The notes under the pieces were generated by a model. That model had not been told where the DNA came from, searched no databases, and saw only the letters and a list, made by a program, of their open reading frames with translations. The translations under genes and the position numbers were made by a program. DNA of 64,000 nt from Octopus vulgaris. Lineage: Eukaryota. Location of the stretch: positions 5,394,001 through 5,458,000 of the forward strand of contig OX597840.1 in NCBI GenBank assembly GCA_951406725.2, written 5' to 3'. Positions within the stretch are counted from its first letter, which is position 1, and every line of letters starts with the position of its first letter. Shown here in pieces: positions 13,905-27,414 of the stretch.

Positions 13905-14148
13905 GGGAGCCAGTCAGTTGCATCAACTGCAGTGCTTTAACTGATAATTATTTTATTGACTCTGAAAGGATAAAAGATAAAGTTGACCTTCGCAGAATTT
14001 GAACTCAAAATGTAAATATGGATGAAATACTGCTAAGCATTTTGTTCAGTGTGCTAATGATTCCGCCAGCTCCCTTCCTTATGATGATAATAATAATAAT
14101 AATAATAATAACAACAATAATAATAATAATAACAACAACAAGAACAAC

Positions 14149-14180
<32 letters not shown>

Positions 14181-14272
14181 CAACAACAACAACAACAATA
14201 ATAATAATAATAATAATAATAACAACAACAACAACAACAACAATAATAATAATAATAATAACAATAAAATTG

Positions 14273-14306
<34 letters not shown>

Positions 14307-14371
14307 GGATAATAATAATAATAACAATAACAATAATAATAATAATAACAATAAAATTAATAATAATAATA

Positions 14372-14417
<46 letters not shown>

Positions 14418-14466
14418 TAATAACAATAATAATAATAACAATAATAATAATAATAATAATAATAAC

Positions 14467-14504
<38 letters not shown>

Positions 14505-14508
14505 TAAA

Positions 14509-14546
<38 letters not shown>

Positions 14547-14556
14547 TAACAATAAC

Positions 14557-14594
<38 letters not shown>

Positions 14595-14613
14595 TAATAA
14601 TAATAATAATAAC

Positions 14614-14663
<50 letters not shown>

Positions 14664-14905
14664 CAACAATAGCAAGATCAATAATAATAATCCTTTCTAC
14701 TAAAGACACAAAGGCTGGAATTTTGGTAGAGGAGACAAGTTGATTACATTGACCCCACTTCTCAGCTGGTTCTTAAATTATCGACCCCGAAAGGATGAAA
14801 GGCAAAGTCGACCTCGGTGGAATTTGAACTCAGAACGTAGCATCAGGCAAAATACAGTTAAGCATTTTATCCAGTGTGCTATCAACTCTACCAGTTCACT
14901 GCCTC
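13905..14905 (-). mobile_element. Two family D copies (13905-14075, 14690-14905) flanking a (TAA/CAA)n array 14080-14690
   Basis: ccccgaaaggatgaaaggcaaagtcgacctcgg..gaatttgaactcag motif. Confidence 0.75.
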
Positions 14906-14949
14906 ATAGCAACAACAACAACAACAACAATAATAATAATAATAATCAG

Positions 14950-15715
14950 TTTCTTGACTGTAACCAGTTGAGCATGTCCCTTAGTGGCTGACGATATGTA
15001 TATCTTTGATCATGTGTAGGAGTAGCGGGGGAGCATCATAGCCACATGTTGAGAGGAATTCTTTGGGGTTTGAATAATTCATCATCATCATCATCATTTA
15101 GCGTCCGTTTTCCATGCTAGCATGGGTTGGACGGTTTAACTGGGGTCTGTGAAGCCGGAAGGCTTCATCAGGCCCAGTCAGATTTGGTGTGTTTCTACGG
15201 CTGGATGCCCTTCCTAACGCCAACCACTCCGTGAGTGTAGTGGGTGCTTTTTACGTGCCACCCGCACAGGTGCCAGACAGAGCTGGCAAACAGCCACGAA
15301 CGGATGGTGTTTTTACGTGCCACCGGCATGGGGGGCCAGGCTTGAGCTGGCAACGGAGACGAACGGATGGTGCTTTTACGTGCTACCGGCACGGGGCCAG
15401 GCGAGGCTGGCAATGGACACAAGCGGATGGTGCTTTTACCATGGGTGTTTCATTCAACATCCTTAAACAAACCTTGTTCAGGGACGTTTTGAGTGGGAGG
15501 GGCTACTCAACTGGAAGAGAAATCTAACTGGGCCCCACCTGCAAGGTCATGCGCTGTTTATCTTGATGTGAGATCACCATGTCACACACGTATGGTTGTG
15601 ATGCATGTGCCTTGTGTACCCTTATCAGACGGGTAGTTGTGATGGGTATACCAGGCTTCATATATCTTACCCCAGTGTCAATTTGATGACATGTGATGTT
15701 CTCTCACTCAATAAT
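14950..15715 (+). mobile_element. Unclassified retroelement-like 3' segment interrupted by a family C copy
   Basis: Complex sequence on both sides of 15080-15440, ending ctctcactcaataat; lies between (TAA)/(CAT) tracts. Confidence 0.35.
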
Positions 15716-16075
15716 CATCATCATCATCATCATCGTTTAACGTCCGTTCTCTATGCTAGCATGGGTTGGACGGTTCAACTGGGGTCTGGGGAGCCAGTAG
15801 GCTGCGCCAGGCCCAGTCTGATCTGGCAGTGTTTCTACAGCTGGATGCTCTTCCTAACGCCAACCACTCCGCGAGTGTAGTGGGTGCTTTTTACGTGCCA
15901 CCTGCACAGGTGCCAGACGAGGCTGGCAAACGGCCACAATCGGATGGTGCTTTTTACATGCCACCGGCACGGAGGCCAATCGGGGCGGCGCTGGCAACGC
16001 CCACGTTCGGACGGTTCTCTTATGTCCCACCGGCACTGGTATCACAGCTGCAATTTCCATTGATGTTGATCGATA
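15080..16075 (-). mobile_element. Two family C copies (15080-15440, 15712-16075) with an internal roughly 60-bp tandem unit
   Basis: Minus ggttggcgttaggaagggcatccagccgtagaaa RTE-like motif; repeated ggtgctttttacgtgccacc units. Confidence 0.8.
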
Positions 16076-16200
16076 ATAATAATAATACTAGTTGTTTTTA
16101 GCAAAGGTATTCGGACAGAAATTTATGGAGAGTGGGTGTTACAGACATTATTTACATTATTTACATTCGACGGATAATTGTCCTCATCTTGTTTGTTGTT

Positions 16201-16246
16201 AACACAACTTTTCGGCTGATACACCCACCAGGTCTGTTCAGGTGTC
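16201..16246 (-). ncRNA. Degenerate minimal hammerhead
   Basis: Minus: gacac CTGAACA gacctgg..tcagcc GAAA ag TT gtgtt; stem I intact, G8 mutated; element 16085-16295 lies in a (TAA)n context. Confidence 0.55.
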
Positions 16247-16318
16247 TTGGGGAAATTTTGAACCTGGATTCTCATTCCTAAGGTATTTTTCGATGTTATT
16301 ATTATTATTATTATTATT

Positions 16319-16347
<29 letters not shown>

Positions 16348-16349
<2 letters not shown>

Positions 16350-16428
16350 AGGTCACTGCTCGGAAATGAACTCAGAATCTTGGGATTAGTAGCCCGCGCT
16401 CTTAACTACTACGCCATATGCCCACGGG
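16348..16428 (-). mobile_element. Short tRNA-derived element (SINE head or tRNA pseudogene)
   Basis: Minus ggcatatggcgtagtagttaagagcg..gagttcatttcc: A and B boxes. Confidence 0.6.
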
Positions 16429-16639
16429 CATATGGTGTAGTGGTGTTACATGATTATATCAAACAGTTTACCTGATTTGTACTTATTTTATTGACCCCTT
16501 GAAGGATGAATGGCAGAGTTAACTTTGCCGGGATTTGAACTCAGAACATGAATGGTTGGCAGAAGAATTGCAAAGCATTTTCCTCCTACGTGTTTATGTT
16601 TTTCTACCAGCTTAATAATAACAGCAATAATATTCATAA

Positions 16640-16718
16640 TAATGATGTGATGCCAGTGAAGATGATAATGATGATGAGGATGAGGAGAATGACAATGATA
16701 ATGATTGTGATGAAGATA

Positions 16719-16765
<47 letters not shown>

Positions 16766-16768
16766 AAA

Positions 16769-16822
<54 letters not shown>

Positions 16823-16873
16823 AAAGATGATGATGATGATAAAGATGATGATGATGATGATGATGATGATAAA

Positions 16874-16927
<54 letters not shown>

Positions 16928-16935
16928 AAAGATGG

Positions 16936-16974
<39 letters not shown>

Positions 16975-17224
16975 CGATAAAGATGATGATGATGATGATG
17001 ATGATAAAGATGATGATGATGGTTGTGTTCATGATGATGCTAATGAGGTTGATGTCAGTAATGATGGTGATAATTATGTCAATGATTGTGGTGATGATTA
17101 TGATGATGATGATGAAGATTATGATTAGAAAGTGGATGATGATGATGACGATGATGATGATGGTGGTGGTAGTGGTGGCGGTGGTGGTGGTGGTGGTGGT
17201 GGTAGTGGTGGTGGTTTTTTGTGG

Positions 17225-17297
<73 letters not shown>

Positions 17298-17340
17298 GGT
17301 GGTGGTGGTGATCACGATGATGATCGCCATGACGATGACA
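16640..17340. repeat. (GAT)n/(GGT)n triplet tract
   Basis: Direct reading. Confidence 0.95.
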
Positions 17341-17406
17341 ATCGCCATCACGATGGTTGTGACGGTTGCGGTGTTTGAGATGTTATTGAGTTGCGTGACC
17401 TCGCAA

Positions 17407-17420
17407 GTCGCCATGGCAAC
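17407..17420. promoter_or_regulatory. RFX X-box consensus GTCGCCATGGCAAC
   Basis: Exact fit to GTNRCC-N(0-3)-RGYAAC within a short unique stretch. Confidence 0.45.
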
Positions 17421-17865
17421 AACTAGCAAGCCAGCATGCTGGCATGCATTGAGCAATAAGAATATGCAGTAGGTGCAACTGCCATGCACGCACACATGTG
17501 CAAATAGACACACACACACAGATGCATGTTTGTCCTCAAATACTGACACACAACACATAAACAATACGAACAAATATATATACATACACATATATACAGA
17601 CATATATATATATATATATATAGACATATATGCATATACGTGTGCACACAGATGCACATGCATGTGCAAACATTTCTTCATGCATTTTCATTGCAGTAGA
17701 TAGACCTGCATATGCACACATACATATACACAAACATACATATATATATGTATTTTTGTGTATATATGTATGTATATATGTATTCATATACGTGTCTGTA
17801 CGTATTAATTTTTGTATGTATATGCATATGTACATACATGTGTGTATACACACATGTATACATAC

Positions 17866-17923
<58 letters not shown>

Positions 17924-18030
17924 GCATATGTATATATATATATGTGTGTGTATATGTATCTATATATATTTATACATATACATTTGTATCTATCTGCCTA
18001 TCTCTCTCTATATATATATGTATATATACA

Positions 18031-18070
<40 letters not shown>

Positions 18071-18087
18071 AATATATATTATATGTG

Positions 18088-18136
<49 letters not shown>

Positions 18137-18206
18137 ATATATATATGTGTTTATATATATATACATGCACACACACAGATAGAAACACATGCAGACACAG
18201 CATACA

Positions 18207-18248
<42 letters not shown>

Positions 18249-18337
18249 CATATAATACACACACACACACACACACACAATGTATATATATATATATATA
18301 TATATTGTACATGTACATATATATATGTATATGTGCG

Positions 18338-18368
<31 letters not shown>

Positions 18369-18453
18369 ATATATGTACATGTACATATATATATTTTATA
18401 TATCATATATATATATATAGAGAGAGAGTTATACATATGTATATATACTCATG

Positions 18454-18485
<32 letters not shown>

Positions 18486-18571
18486 TATATTCACATATAT
18501 ATATACATGTATATATATATGGATATCTCTCTCTCTCTCTCTCTCTCTATCTAGCTATCTATCTATCTATA

Positions 18572-18646
<75 letters not shown>

Positions 18647-18679
18647 TTATGTATATATGTATATACATACATATATGTG

Positions 18680-18733
<54 letters not shown>

Positions 18734-18889
18734 TAATATAATATATATAATATATATGATATATATAATATATATAATATACATATAATATATATATAAT
18801 ATATATCACATATAGACACAATCTAAAAATAAATAAACACTAATAGAAGCACATGCAGACACACACAGAATATGTGCAAAAACACACTT

Positions 18890-18965
<76 letters not shown>

Positions 18966-19087
18966 TGAAATCAGCAGAAAGTCATTATACCTTGTTTTCC
19001 TTGTCCACTCCCAACCTCCCAAACCATTTAAAGAAATCTATCTTCTTTCCTTCTCCTCCTACTCCCTCTCTTTCCTCTTCTTATGTA

Positions 19088-19605
19088 GCACCACCACCAC
19101 AACCACCACCTATACCACCACCACAACCACCACCTATAGCACCACCACCACCACCACCACCACTGCCAACAATTACTACTATTACCACCACCACCACCAC
19201 CACAACCACCACCTATACCACCACCACCACCTATACCACCACCACCACCTACCACCACCACCACCACCACCACCACAACCACCACCACAACCACCACCTA
19301 TACCACCACCACCACCACCACCACCACCTATACCACCACCACAACCACCACCTATACCACCACCACCACCACAACCACCACCTATACCATCACCACCACC
19401 ACCACTGCCAACAATTACTACTGTTACTACCACCACCACCAGCACCACTACCTCCCTCACCATCACAACCACCACCATTATTACAACTTCTACTTGCCCC
19501 ATCATCACCACCATCATCATTACAGCCATCAACATCATTACAGCCACCGCCACCACCATCAAGTCCATCACCACCCTCACCTGCACCACCACTACCTCCA
19601 CCTAT
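19088..19605. repeat. (CCA)n low-complexity tract
   Basis: Direct reading. Confidence 0.9.
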
Positions 19606-20358
19606 AACTCTATTCTTTTACTTTCTCTTTCATTTTGGCCCTCCCTGCTTGTCACGCTGCTTCAGTCCCTCTTCATATAGAACAGAGAAAGGGAGAGTTA
19701 GGGAGGAGAGAGAACTAGAGAAAGAGCGACAGAGAGGGGGAAGCAATGGACCCCCTTGGCAGACAAAATGCTAGGTTCTAAACACACAGGGGGCTGGAAG
19801 GAGGGAATAAGGATTGAGGGGAGTGTTGAAGGTTGTGGGAGGGAGAGAAGAAAAATGTGTGTGGGAGGAAGCAGAATGTGCACACGTGTGTGTATGTGTG
19901 TGTGTGTGGGTGGGTGTGGGTGTGTTTGTTTGGGCCATGGGTGGTGGGCAGGGGCAGAGCCAGGGCTTGATCTGATACTAGAGGCAGTGGTGGTGGTGGT
20001 GGAGGTGGAGGTGGTGGTAGTAGTGGTCATTTATGTGGAGGTGTATGTTGTGGAGAGCAAAAAGAAACAAATTATTTATGCATGTATGTTGGTATGTTAA
20101 TGGCTGTATGTATTCGTGTGTGTATATATATATATGTGTATGTTTGTGTGTGTAGGCGTTTCAGTGTGTCTGGTTGTGTGTGTGTGTGTGTGTGTATACA
20201 CATATCTAGTGATCTTTCTGTCTGTTGAATGAACAGCATGCCAGGGGATGTGCTAGACTAACAGACTAACAGGCTACTCTTTCAACTCTATGTGAGTGTG
20301 TATATATATATATATACATATATATATATGTATGTATATATGTATATATGTATGTATG

Positions 20359-20391
<33 letters not shown>

Positions 20392-20492
20392 ATGTATATG
20401 TATGTATATATATGTATGTATGTATATATATATATATATGTATGTATATATGTATATATGTATGTATGTATATATGTATGTATATATGTATG

Positions 20493-20531
<39 letters not shown>

Positions 20532-20661
20532 TTCTTTACTACCCACAAGGGGCTAAACATAGAGGGGACAAACAAATATATATATATATATATATACATG
20601 CACATCATCATCATCGTTTAACGTCCGCTTTCCATGCTAGCATTGGTTGGACTATATATAC

Positions 20662-20692
<31 letters not shown>

Positions 20693-20724
20693 TCTTTATC
20701 ATTCTTTGAAAAGGATAGTACTGG

Positions 20725-20767
20725 CAGTGACTTTAAGGTTTCGGTCTGCTTGGACATCATCAGGCTG
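20725..20767 (-). ncRNA. Type I hammerhead motif, intact core, GUC triplet
   Basis: Minus: cagc CTGATGA t-gtc-caagca-gac-c GAAA ccttaaag TC actg; closing pairs of stems I and II mismatched. Confidence 0.65.
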
Positions 20768-20870
20768 GGCAATGATGGCTGTCAAAATCATTCTTTTTAA
20801 GGATAATAAATATGTAGAATATAAAAATATTGAGTAATCCTTGAGGTTAATGTAAAACAAACATCAATAT

Positions 20871-21268
20871 GCACAGGAGTGGCTGTGTGGTAAGTAGCTT
20901 GCTAACCAACCACATGGTTCCGGGTTCAGTCCCACTGCGTGGCACCTTGGGCAAGTGTCTTCTGCTACAGCCCCGGGCCGACCAATGCCTTGTGAGTGGA
21001 TTTGGTAGACGGAAACTGAAAAGAAGCCTGTCGTATATATGTATATATATATGCGTGTGTGTATTTGTGTGTCTGTGTTTGTCCCCTTAGCATTGCTTGA
21101 CAACCGATGCTGGTGTGTTTATGTCCCCGTTACTTAGCGGTTCGGCAAAAGAGACCGATAGAATTAGTACTGGGCTTACAAAAGAATAAGTCCCGGGTTC
21201 GAGTTGCTCGATTAAAGGCGGTGCTCCAGCATGGCCGCAGTCAAATGATTGAAACAAGTAAAAGAGTA
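20871..21268 (+). mobile_element. SINE family A
   Basis: Full-length match. Confidence 0.9.
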
Positions 21269-21917
21269 TATATTTATGCTCATACATACGTTTTACACAC
21301 ACACACACATATTTATATATATATATATATACATACACACACACATATACACACACATATATGTACAGTCATAATTACATACATATATACACTCATACAT
21401 ATATAACATATTATATATATATTTTGTTTACTGAAATTCTTGTGTGATCTCATTGTGACTTTCTGCGACTTCATTTTATAATCCAAAATGGAGATGAACA
21501 CTGTTGTTTCCATGAGATAGATTTGATAAGTGTTAATGTCTAACTTACATGAAACCAATGGTAGCCTTAATCCACAAATATATATGTCCTTATCCTCATT
21601 GTTTGATATTTATGTAAGATGCTATATAGAACTATAAAATAAATTTTGAGGATGTATTAGTCTCTATACTCTTTATTATTATTAATATTAATATATACAC
21701 CAGGCAGTTTTTATTGTCCAGTGAAGAGTACATGGAATTACCCATTGGAATAATTCATGGAGTGACTAATAAATAACTGTAAACACAGACATTGGATACT
21801 TTTCATTGTGGTTTGCCATTAACTGGAACTTAACAGAAAGTTAATATGGTATCTGCTTGGATAATATATCCCTCCAAACTCATATATATATATATATATA
21901 TGAGTTCAATTCGTTTC

Positions 21918-22130
21918 TGGTCGAAAGACGCCTGTTGTTGTGTCCTGTTATTATTATTATTAGTTTTTTTGCATTTATATTCGTATTTTTTTTGTTTTTT
22001 TGTATTTATATTTGTGTAACAACGTCCATTTTTCTGTCCTTGTTTCGTACACATTTGATCCTTTTTCAGAGGAATCTAATGCTCTTAGCTTAGTTTTTCC
22101 TTGGGGCTGGCCAGATTGGAACAATCTCAA
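21918..22130 (+). mobile_element. AT-rich dispersed element (homologs 41488-41800 +, 63365-63493 -)
   Basis: Shared gtcgaaagac.cctgttgtt and ctcttagcttag.ttttccttggggctggccaga. Confidence 0.6.
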
Positions 22131-22408
22131 GATTAATTATTATTTATATACATATATACATATGTATATATATGTATATATGCACATACGTGTATATACA
22201 TATATGTGTGTGATATATATTCATGTATATAGATACATGTGTGTATATATATGTATATATATATATGTGTATATGTATGTGTGCATATATGTATGTATAT
22301 ATATGTATATATATAAATAGGCGAGAATTCACAAAAAAAAAATCAAAAGACGAAGACAGGTGGTGTAGACAACAAACAGATGTATAAACGCTTGGGAAGT
22401 GAAAAAGT

Positions 22409-22444
22409 CTTTAACATTTCGAGCCTATGCTCTTCCTCAGAAAG
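22409..22444 (-). ncRNA. Minimal hammerhead in element family P1 (22320-22500)
   Basis: Minus: cttt CTGAGGA a gagc-atag-gctc GAAA tg TT aaag. Confidence 0.7.
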
Positions 22445-22519
22445 GAACACAGAAAGAAACAAGGAGAGAAAATAAAGAATGTGTTGTGGCTAGCGATGTA
22501 AATACACACACACACACAC

Positions 22520-22582
<63 letters not shown>

Positions 22583-22794
22583 TATATAAATATATATATA
22601 TAATATTAGGGAGTATAACTCCAAACTTACAGGGAAAAATTCAATTTAGTATTAAATCAAATTTCCCAGTATAAATATATGAAATACAAAATGTGAATTA
22701 GAGATAAAACCACTATCATGCAACTCAAACAGTGATAGACATAAACCAATACATAAATAACAAATAATATATATAATTAATATAATATATAATA

Positions 22795-22960
22795 TCATCA
22801 TCATCATCATCATCATCATCATCGTTTAACGTCCGTTCTCCATGCTAGCATGGGTTGGACGGTTCGACCGGGGATCTGGGAAGCCAGAAGGCTGCACCAG
22901 GCTCCAGTCTTATCTGGCAATGTTTCTACAGCTGGATGCCCTTCCTAACGCCAACCACTC
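22795..22960 (-). mobile_element. Family C
   Basis: (CAT)n gtttaacgtcc..ggatgcccttcctaacgccaacc. Confidence 0.8.
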
Positions 22961-23304
22961 GAATGATAAATATAATATAATAAGTATTATTATAATTATA
23001 TTATTATATTATATTTATAATTCATTTTATACTTTTTGAAAAAAAAAATATATATATTATATATTATATCAATTATATATTACGGAGATGTACTTGCATA
23101 GCAAGTGATTTGATCTGAGATCGTGTGCTGAAACGGATACAATTGCAGCGTGGAAGATGTTTATAAGCCATTTAAGAAACACACAAAAGCTGTTCGATTC
23201 ACTTCAACATTTAAGTTTAATATTATTTGTTATTTATGTTTTGGTTTATGCCTATCACTGTTTGAGTTGCATGATAGTGGTTTTATCTATAATTTATATT
23301 TTGC

Positions 23305-23364
<60 letters not shown>

Positions 23365-23590
23365 GACAGACTCTCCGGTCGAAGACGACATGTGGGGATT
23401 CACCCTTAGCTGAACGACCTGCACAAATGATTTGTTTATAGTGATCAAATGTTCGTGCCGCACATTATCTCACTCTCTCCATCAAATTGATGTTGTCTGA
23501 ACAGGTGCACAGGTGTATCACCTGTCAGGTGTCGAACTGATTGCAGAGCCACGTGAGATGAAGTGTTTTGCTCAAGAATGCCACCCAGTC
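23365..23590 (-). mobile_element. SINE-like fragment
   Basis: Minus cttgagcaaaacacttcatctca, a CORE/V-like segment. Confidence 0.45.
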
Positions 23591-23654
23591 TAGTAATTAT
23601 CATTAATTTGTGATTTCAGTTCTGTGAACAACAATCTAACCACTAGTCTTTCTG

Positions 23655-23697
<43 letters not shown>

Positions 23698-23781
23698 ACA
23701 CGCATACACACACTCACGCATGCATACACACACATATGTATATATATATATATGTATGTATGATATATGATATATATATAT

Positions 23782-24010
23782 ATCATCATCGTCATCATCA
23801 TTGTTTAACGTCTGCTTTCCATGCCAGCATGGGTTGATGGTTCGACCAGGGTCTGGGAGGCCAGAAGGCTGCACCAGGCTCCAGTCTGATCTAGCCATGT
23901 TTCTACAGCTGGATGCCCTTCCTAACGCCAACAACTCCGAGAGTGTAGTGGGTGCTTTTTACGTGCCACCGGCACAGGGGCCGGAGGAGGCTTGCAACAG
24001 CCATGATCAG
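23782..24010 (-). mobile_element. Family C
   Basis: Same diagnostic motifs as 22795. Confidence 0.8.
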
Positions 24011-24067
24011 TTATTGTATATATATATATATATATATACACATATCATCATTATCATCATATATATC

Positions 24068-24138
<71 letters not shown>

Positions 24139-24162
24139 ATATATATATGTATGTGTGTATAT

Positions 24163-24201
<39 letters not shown>

Positions 24202-24202
<1 letters not shown>

Positions 24203-24520
24203 CTGGCACTCCATTGGTTATGATGCTGTATGTTCAGTTGATTCAACCAATGGAACAGCCTGATCATGAAATTAACATGCAAGCGGCTGAGTATTCCACA
24301 GATATGCATAACATACCCTTAACGTAGTTCTGAGGGAGATTCTGCACGACATAGAATGTAACAAGGCTGGCCATTTCAATTACAGACACAGCTCATTTTT
24401 GCCGGGTGAGTGAACTGGAGGAATTCAAAACAAATTGTCTTGCTCTAGGACAAATTGCACTGCCAGGAATTGAACCCTGGAACTCACAGCTGCATGACTA
24501 TGAACCAAATACTGTAATCA
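24202..24520 (-). mobile_element. SINE with a different head but the family B type 1 tail
   Basis: Minus gggttcaattcctgg..tgtcctagagcaagac, then ctacgttaagggt..gttaatttcatga.caggctgttcc. Confidence 0.65.
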
Positions 24521-24752
24521 CTAATTTTCACACACACACACACACACAATATTTAAAACAGTTTGATTTGGTTCCATGCAGCTTAAAGTTTTGCGGGCCC
24601 CTAACAGAAGCCTGAAAAAGAGAAGCTTCTGTTAGGGGCCGGCGACATTTTAAGTCACAGGGGAAGAAAAGTGTCTTAAATAATACGTGTAACTCCTACT
24701 AAATGTGTTAAATGTCCTTTCCTTTTGTTTGTCTACTTGTTCATATACATAT

Positions 24753-25160
24753 AGGCGCAGGAGTGGCTGTGTGGTAAGTAGCTTGCTAACCAACCACATG
24801 GTTCCAGGTTCAGTCCCACTGCGTGGCATCTTGGGCAAGTGTCTTCTGCTATAGCCTCGGGCCGACCAAAGCCTTGTGAGTGGATTTGGTAGACGGAAAC
24901 TGAAAGAAGCCTGTCGTGTATATGTATATATATGTATGTGTGTGTATATGTTTGTGTGTCTGTGTTTGTCCCTCTAGCATTGCTTGACAACCGATGCTGG
25001 TGTGTTTACATCCCGATCACTTACCGTTTCGGCAAAAGAGACAGATAGAATAAGTACTGGGCTTACAAAGAATAAGTCCTGGGGTCGATTTGCTCGACTA
25101 AAGGCGGTGCTCCAGCATGGCTGCAGTCAAATGACTGAAACAAGTAAAAGAGTAAGAGAG
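24753..25160 (+). mobile_element. SINE family A
   Basis: Full-length match. Confidence 0.9.
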
Positions 25161-25342
25161 TATACACATATATAAATATGAGAGAGAATCCACTATGTGG
25201 ACGCTCTTACGTCAGAGATAGATCCGCAAGGGTCTCAACCACTAAGAATTATCTCAAGAAAAATTTAGCACACTAAGAATGTGTATGATGTATTCCTTTG
25301 TTGTGAATGATAAATGAGGGCTCAGTAATATAAAGCAGTAAT

Positions 25343-26125
25343 CATGTTCTATGGACATGCATGTGCCTTGCAAACCTCTTGGCAAATGGAACAAGTTGAG
25401 GACTCAGTTTGCCTGAGTGCTTGTGGATCATTTACTACGTGTTTTCCTGAGTGGACAGCAAGGTTTTGTGGTTTTGTGGCACGAAGCAAAGGCCTGCTTT
25501 GCTTCGTACCACAAAACCACAAGAACAGGTAAGGTTTCCATTTAGAGGAGTAGCGTTTTACTTGCGTGTCTTCATGCTTGCATGAAGTTGGTCCCAATGT
25601 TGGAATCTACCTTGCTCAAAGTTTTGAGCTGAAGGGAGGCAGGACTGGAACCAGGTCCTGCATGCTGATGCTTTGTTTTCCCATGTATGAATGTGGGTAT
25701 ATATTGTTGTTAGCATCCTTCTGTCTCAGGAGACAATGGAGTTACACATAAACTAATCCAGTCTGGTTTTTACATTTCATGTCCTCTCCAGTTTCCTCTC
25801 CAGTTTTGCGCAGGCCTGGGCTAGATGTAAGAAAATCCTGGGTAACCCAATCGTCAGGATTCCTCTCTCAACCTTGCGGATGTAGTCCAAAGGAGTGCAG
25901 AGCATTACGTTTGGCACCAGCTTGGTTGCAGAAGCTACCGGAAGAGTGTCGAGTCGAACACTAAACCGCCTATGGTGCTCCACTCCGGATTACTTTGAAG
26001 GTTGTCTCCTTTCCGTAGCCCTAGATAGGGGCCCATACTGGGTACTGTCAGCCGGAACCAGCTGAGTCCAGGACTCATGTCAGGCAGGGTCGTCACTCCC
26101 TGAAGTAGTGAAGAAAATCGCTACC
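25343..26125 (-). mobile_element. Bipartite internally deleted RTE LINE derivative (5' UTR joined to ORF C-terminus)
   Basis: 5' part ggtagcttctgcaaccaagctggtgccaaa..tcctttggactacatc resembles RTE 5' UTRs; 3' part translates WENKASACRTWFQSC..FEQGR, TCSCGFVVRSKAGL, CSICQEVCK..HMHVHR with frameshifts. Confidence 0.75.
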
Positions 26126-26217
26126 CACAAAATAAATACGTATGTTATGGATATAACAAAACATATGAGATTCAGACTTCTAAAATGGCTCCCATAACTC
26201 TGTGTGTGTGTGTGTGC

Positions 26218-26272
<55 letters not shown>

Positions 26273-26705
26273 GATAATATTATCTCATCTTGTCATCATG
26301 TGCCAATCATACGGAAACATCAGCAACTATGAGCTGCATCCTGCCTTTGCAGTTCTCTGTAAAGCATATAGCTATTTTCATGTTCATATTCCAAGGACAG
26401 GGAGAGAGAGAGAGAGACAGACAGAGAGAGAGGCAGAGAGAGGGAGAGAGAGAAAGAGGGGGAGAGAGAGAGTGAGTGAGAAAGGGAGAGAGATTCCTCT
26501 TTTTGTGGGAATCCGTAAGAGTTGGCATCAGGAAGAGCATCCAGTCAGAGAAATTTTGCTTGTACATATATTTTTTGTTTTACTGAATTTGCTTGAATCA
26601 AAGTAGATTTCTCTTAAATGTAGTTTATATATATGCATGTGTGTTTGTGTGTGTATATATATATATATGTATGTATATATATATATGTGTGTGTGTATGT
26701 ATATA

Positions 26706-26754
<49 letters not shown>

Positions 26755-26771
26755 GTGTGTGTATGTATATA

Positions 26772-26813
<42 letters not shown>

Positions 26814-26944
26814 TAAATATAAACAGATAGATTGATAGATAGATATAGATAGAATTACATATATGTATGTTTGTAAATATATCAATATCTATATATGTAG
26901 TTTATATATATTTATACACATATTTTTATAAATATCTCTACTCA

Positions 26945-27069
<125 letters not shown>

Positions 27070-27164
27070 TATACATATATATATTGTATTTATATATATA
27101 TGAAGACTTATTTGCAAATACACACTCAAGGACAGGCATACACATGCCCTCTTATATATATATA

Positions 27165-27198
<34 letters not shown>

Positions 27199-27273
27199 TC
27201 TGTATATGTACTTATATATATATATACTTATATATATTATTATTATATATATATATGTATATGTACTTATGTA

Positions 27274-27324
<51 letters not shown>

Positions 27325-27329
27325 GTACT

Positions 27330-27360
<31 letters not shown>

Positions 27361-27371
27361 GTACTTATGTA

Positions 27372-27414
<43 letters not shown>

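Noticed and set aside
15152-15175. CTGATGA plus hairpin on the minus strand of family C
   Set aside because: No GAAA or NUH follows, and other copies lack the motif.
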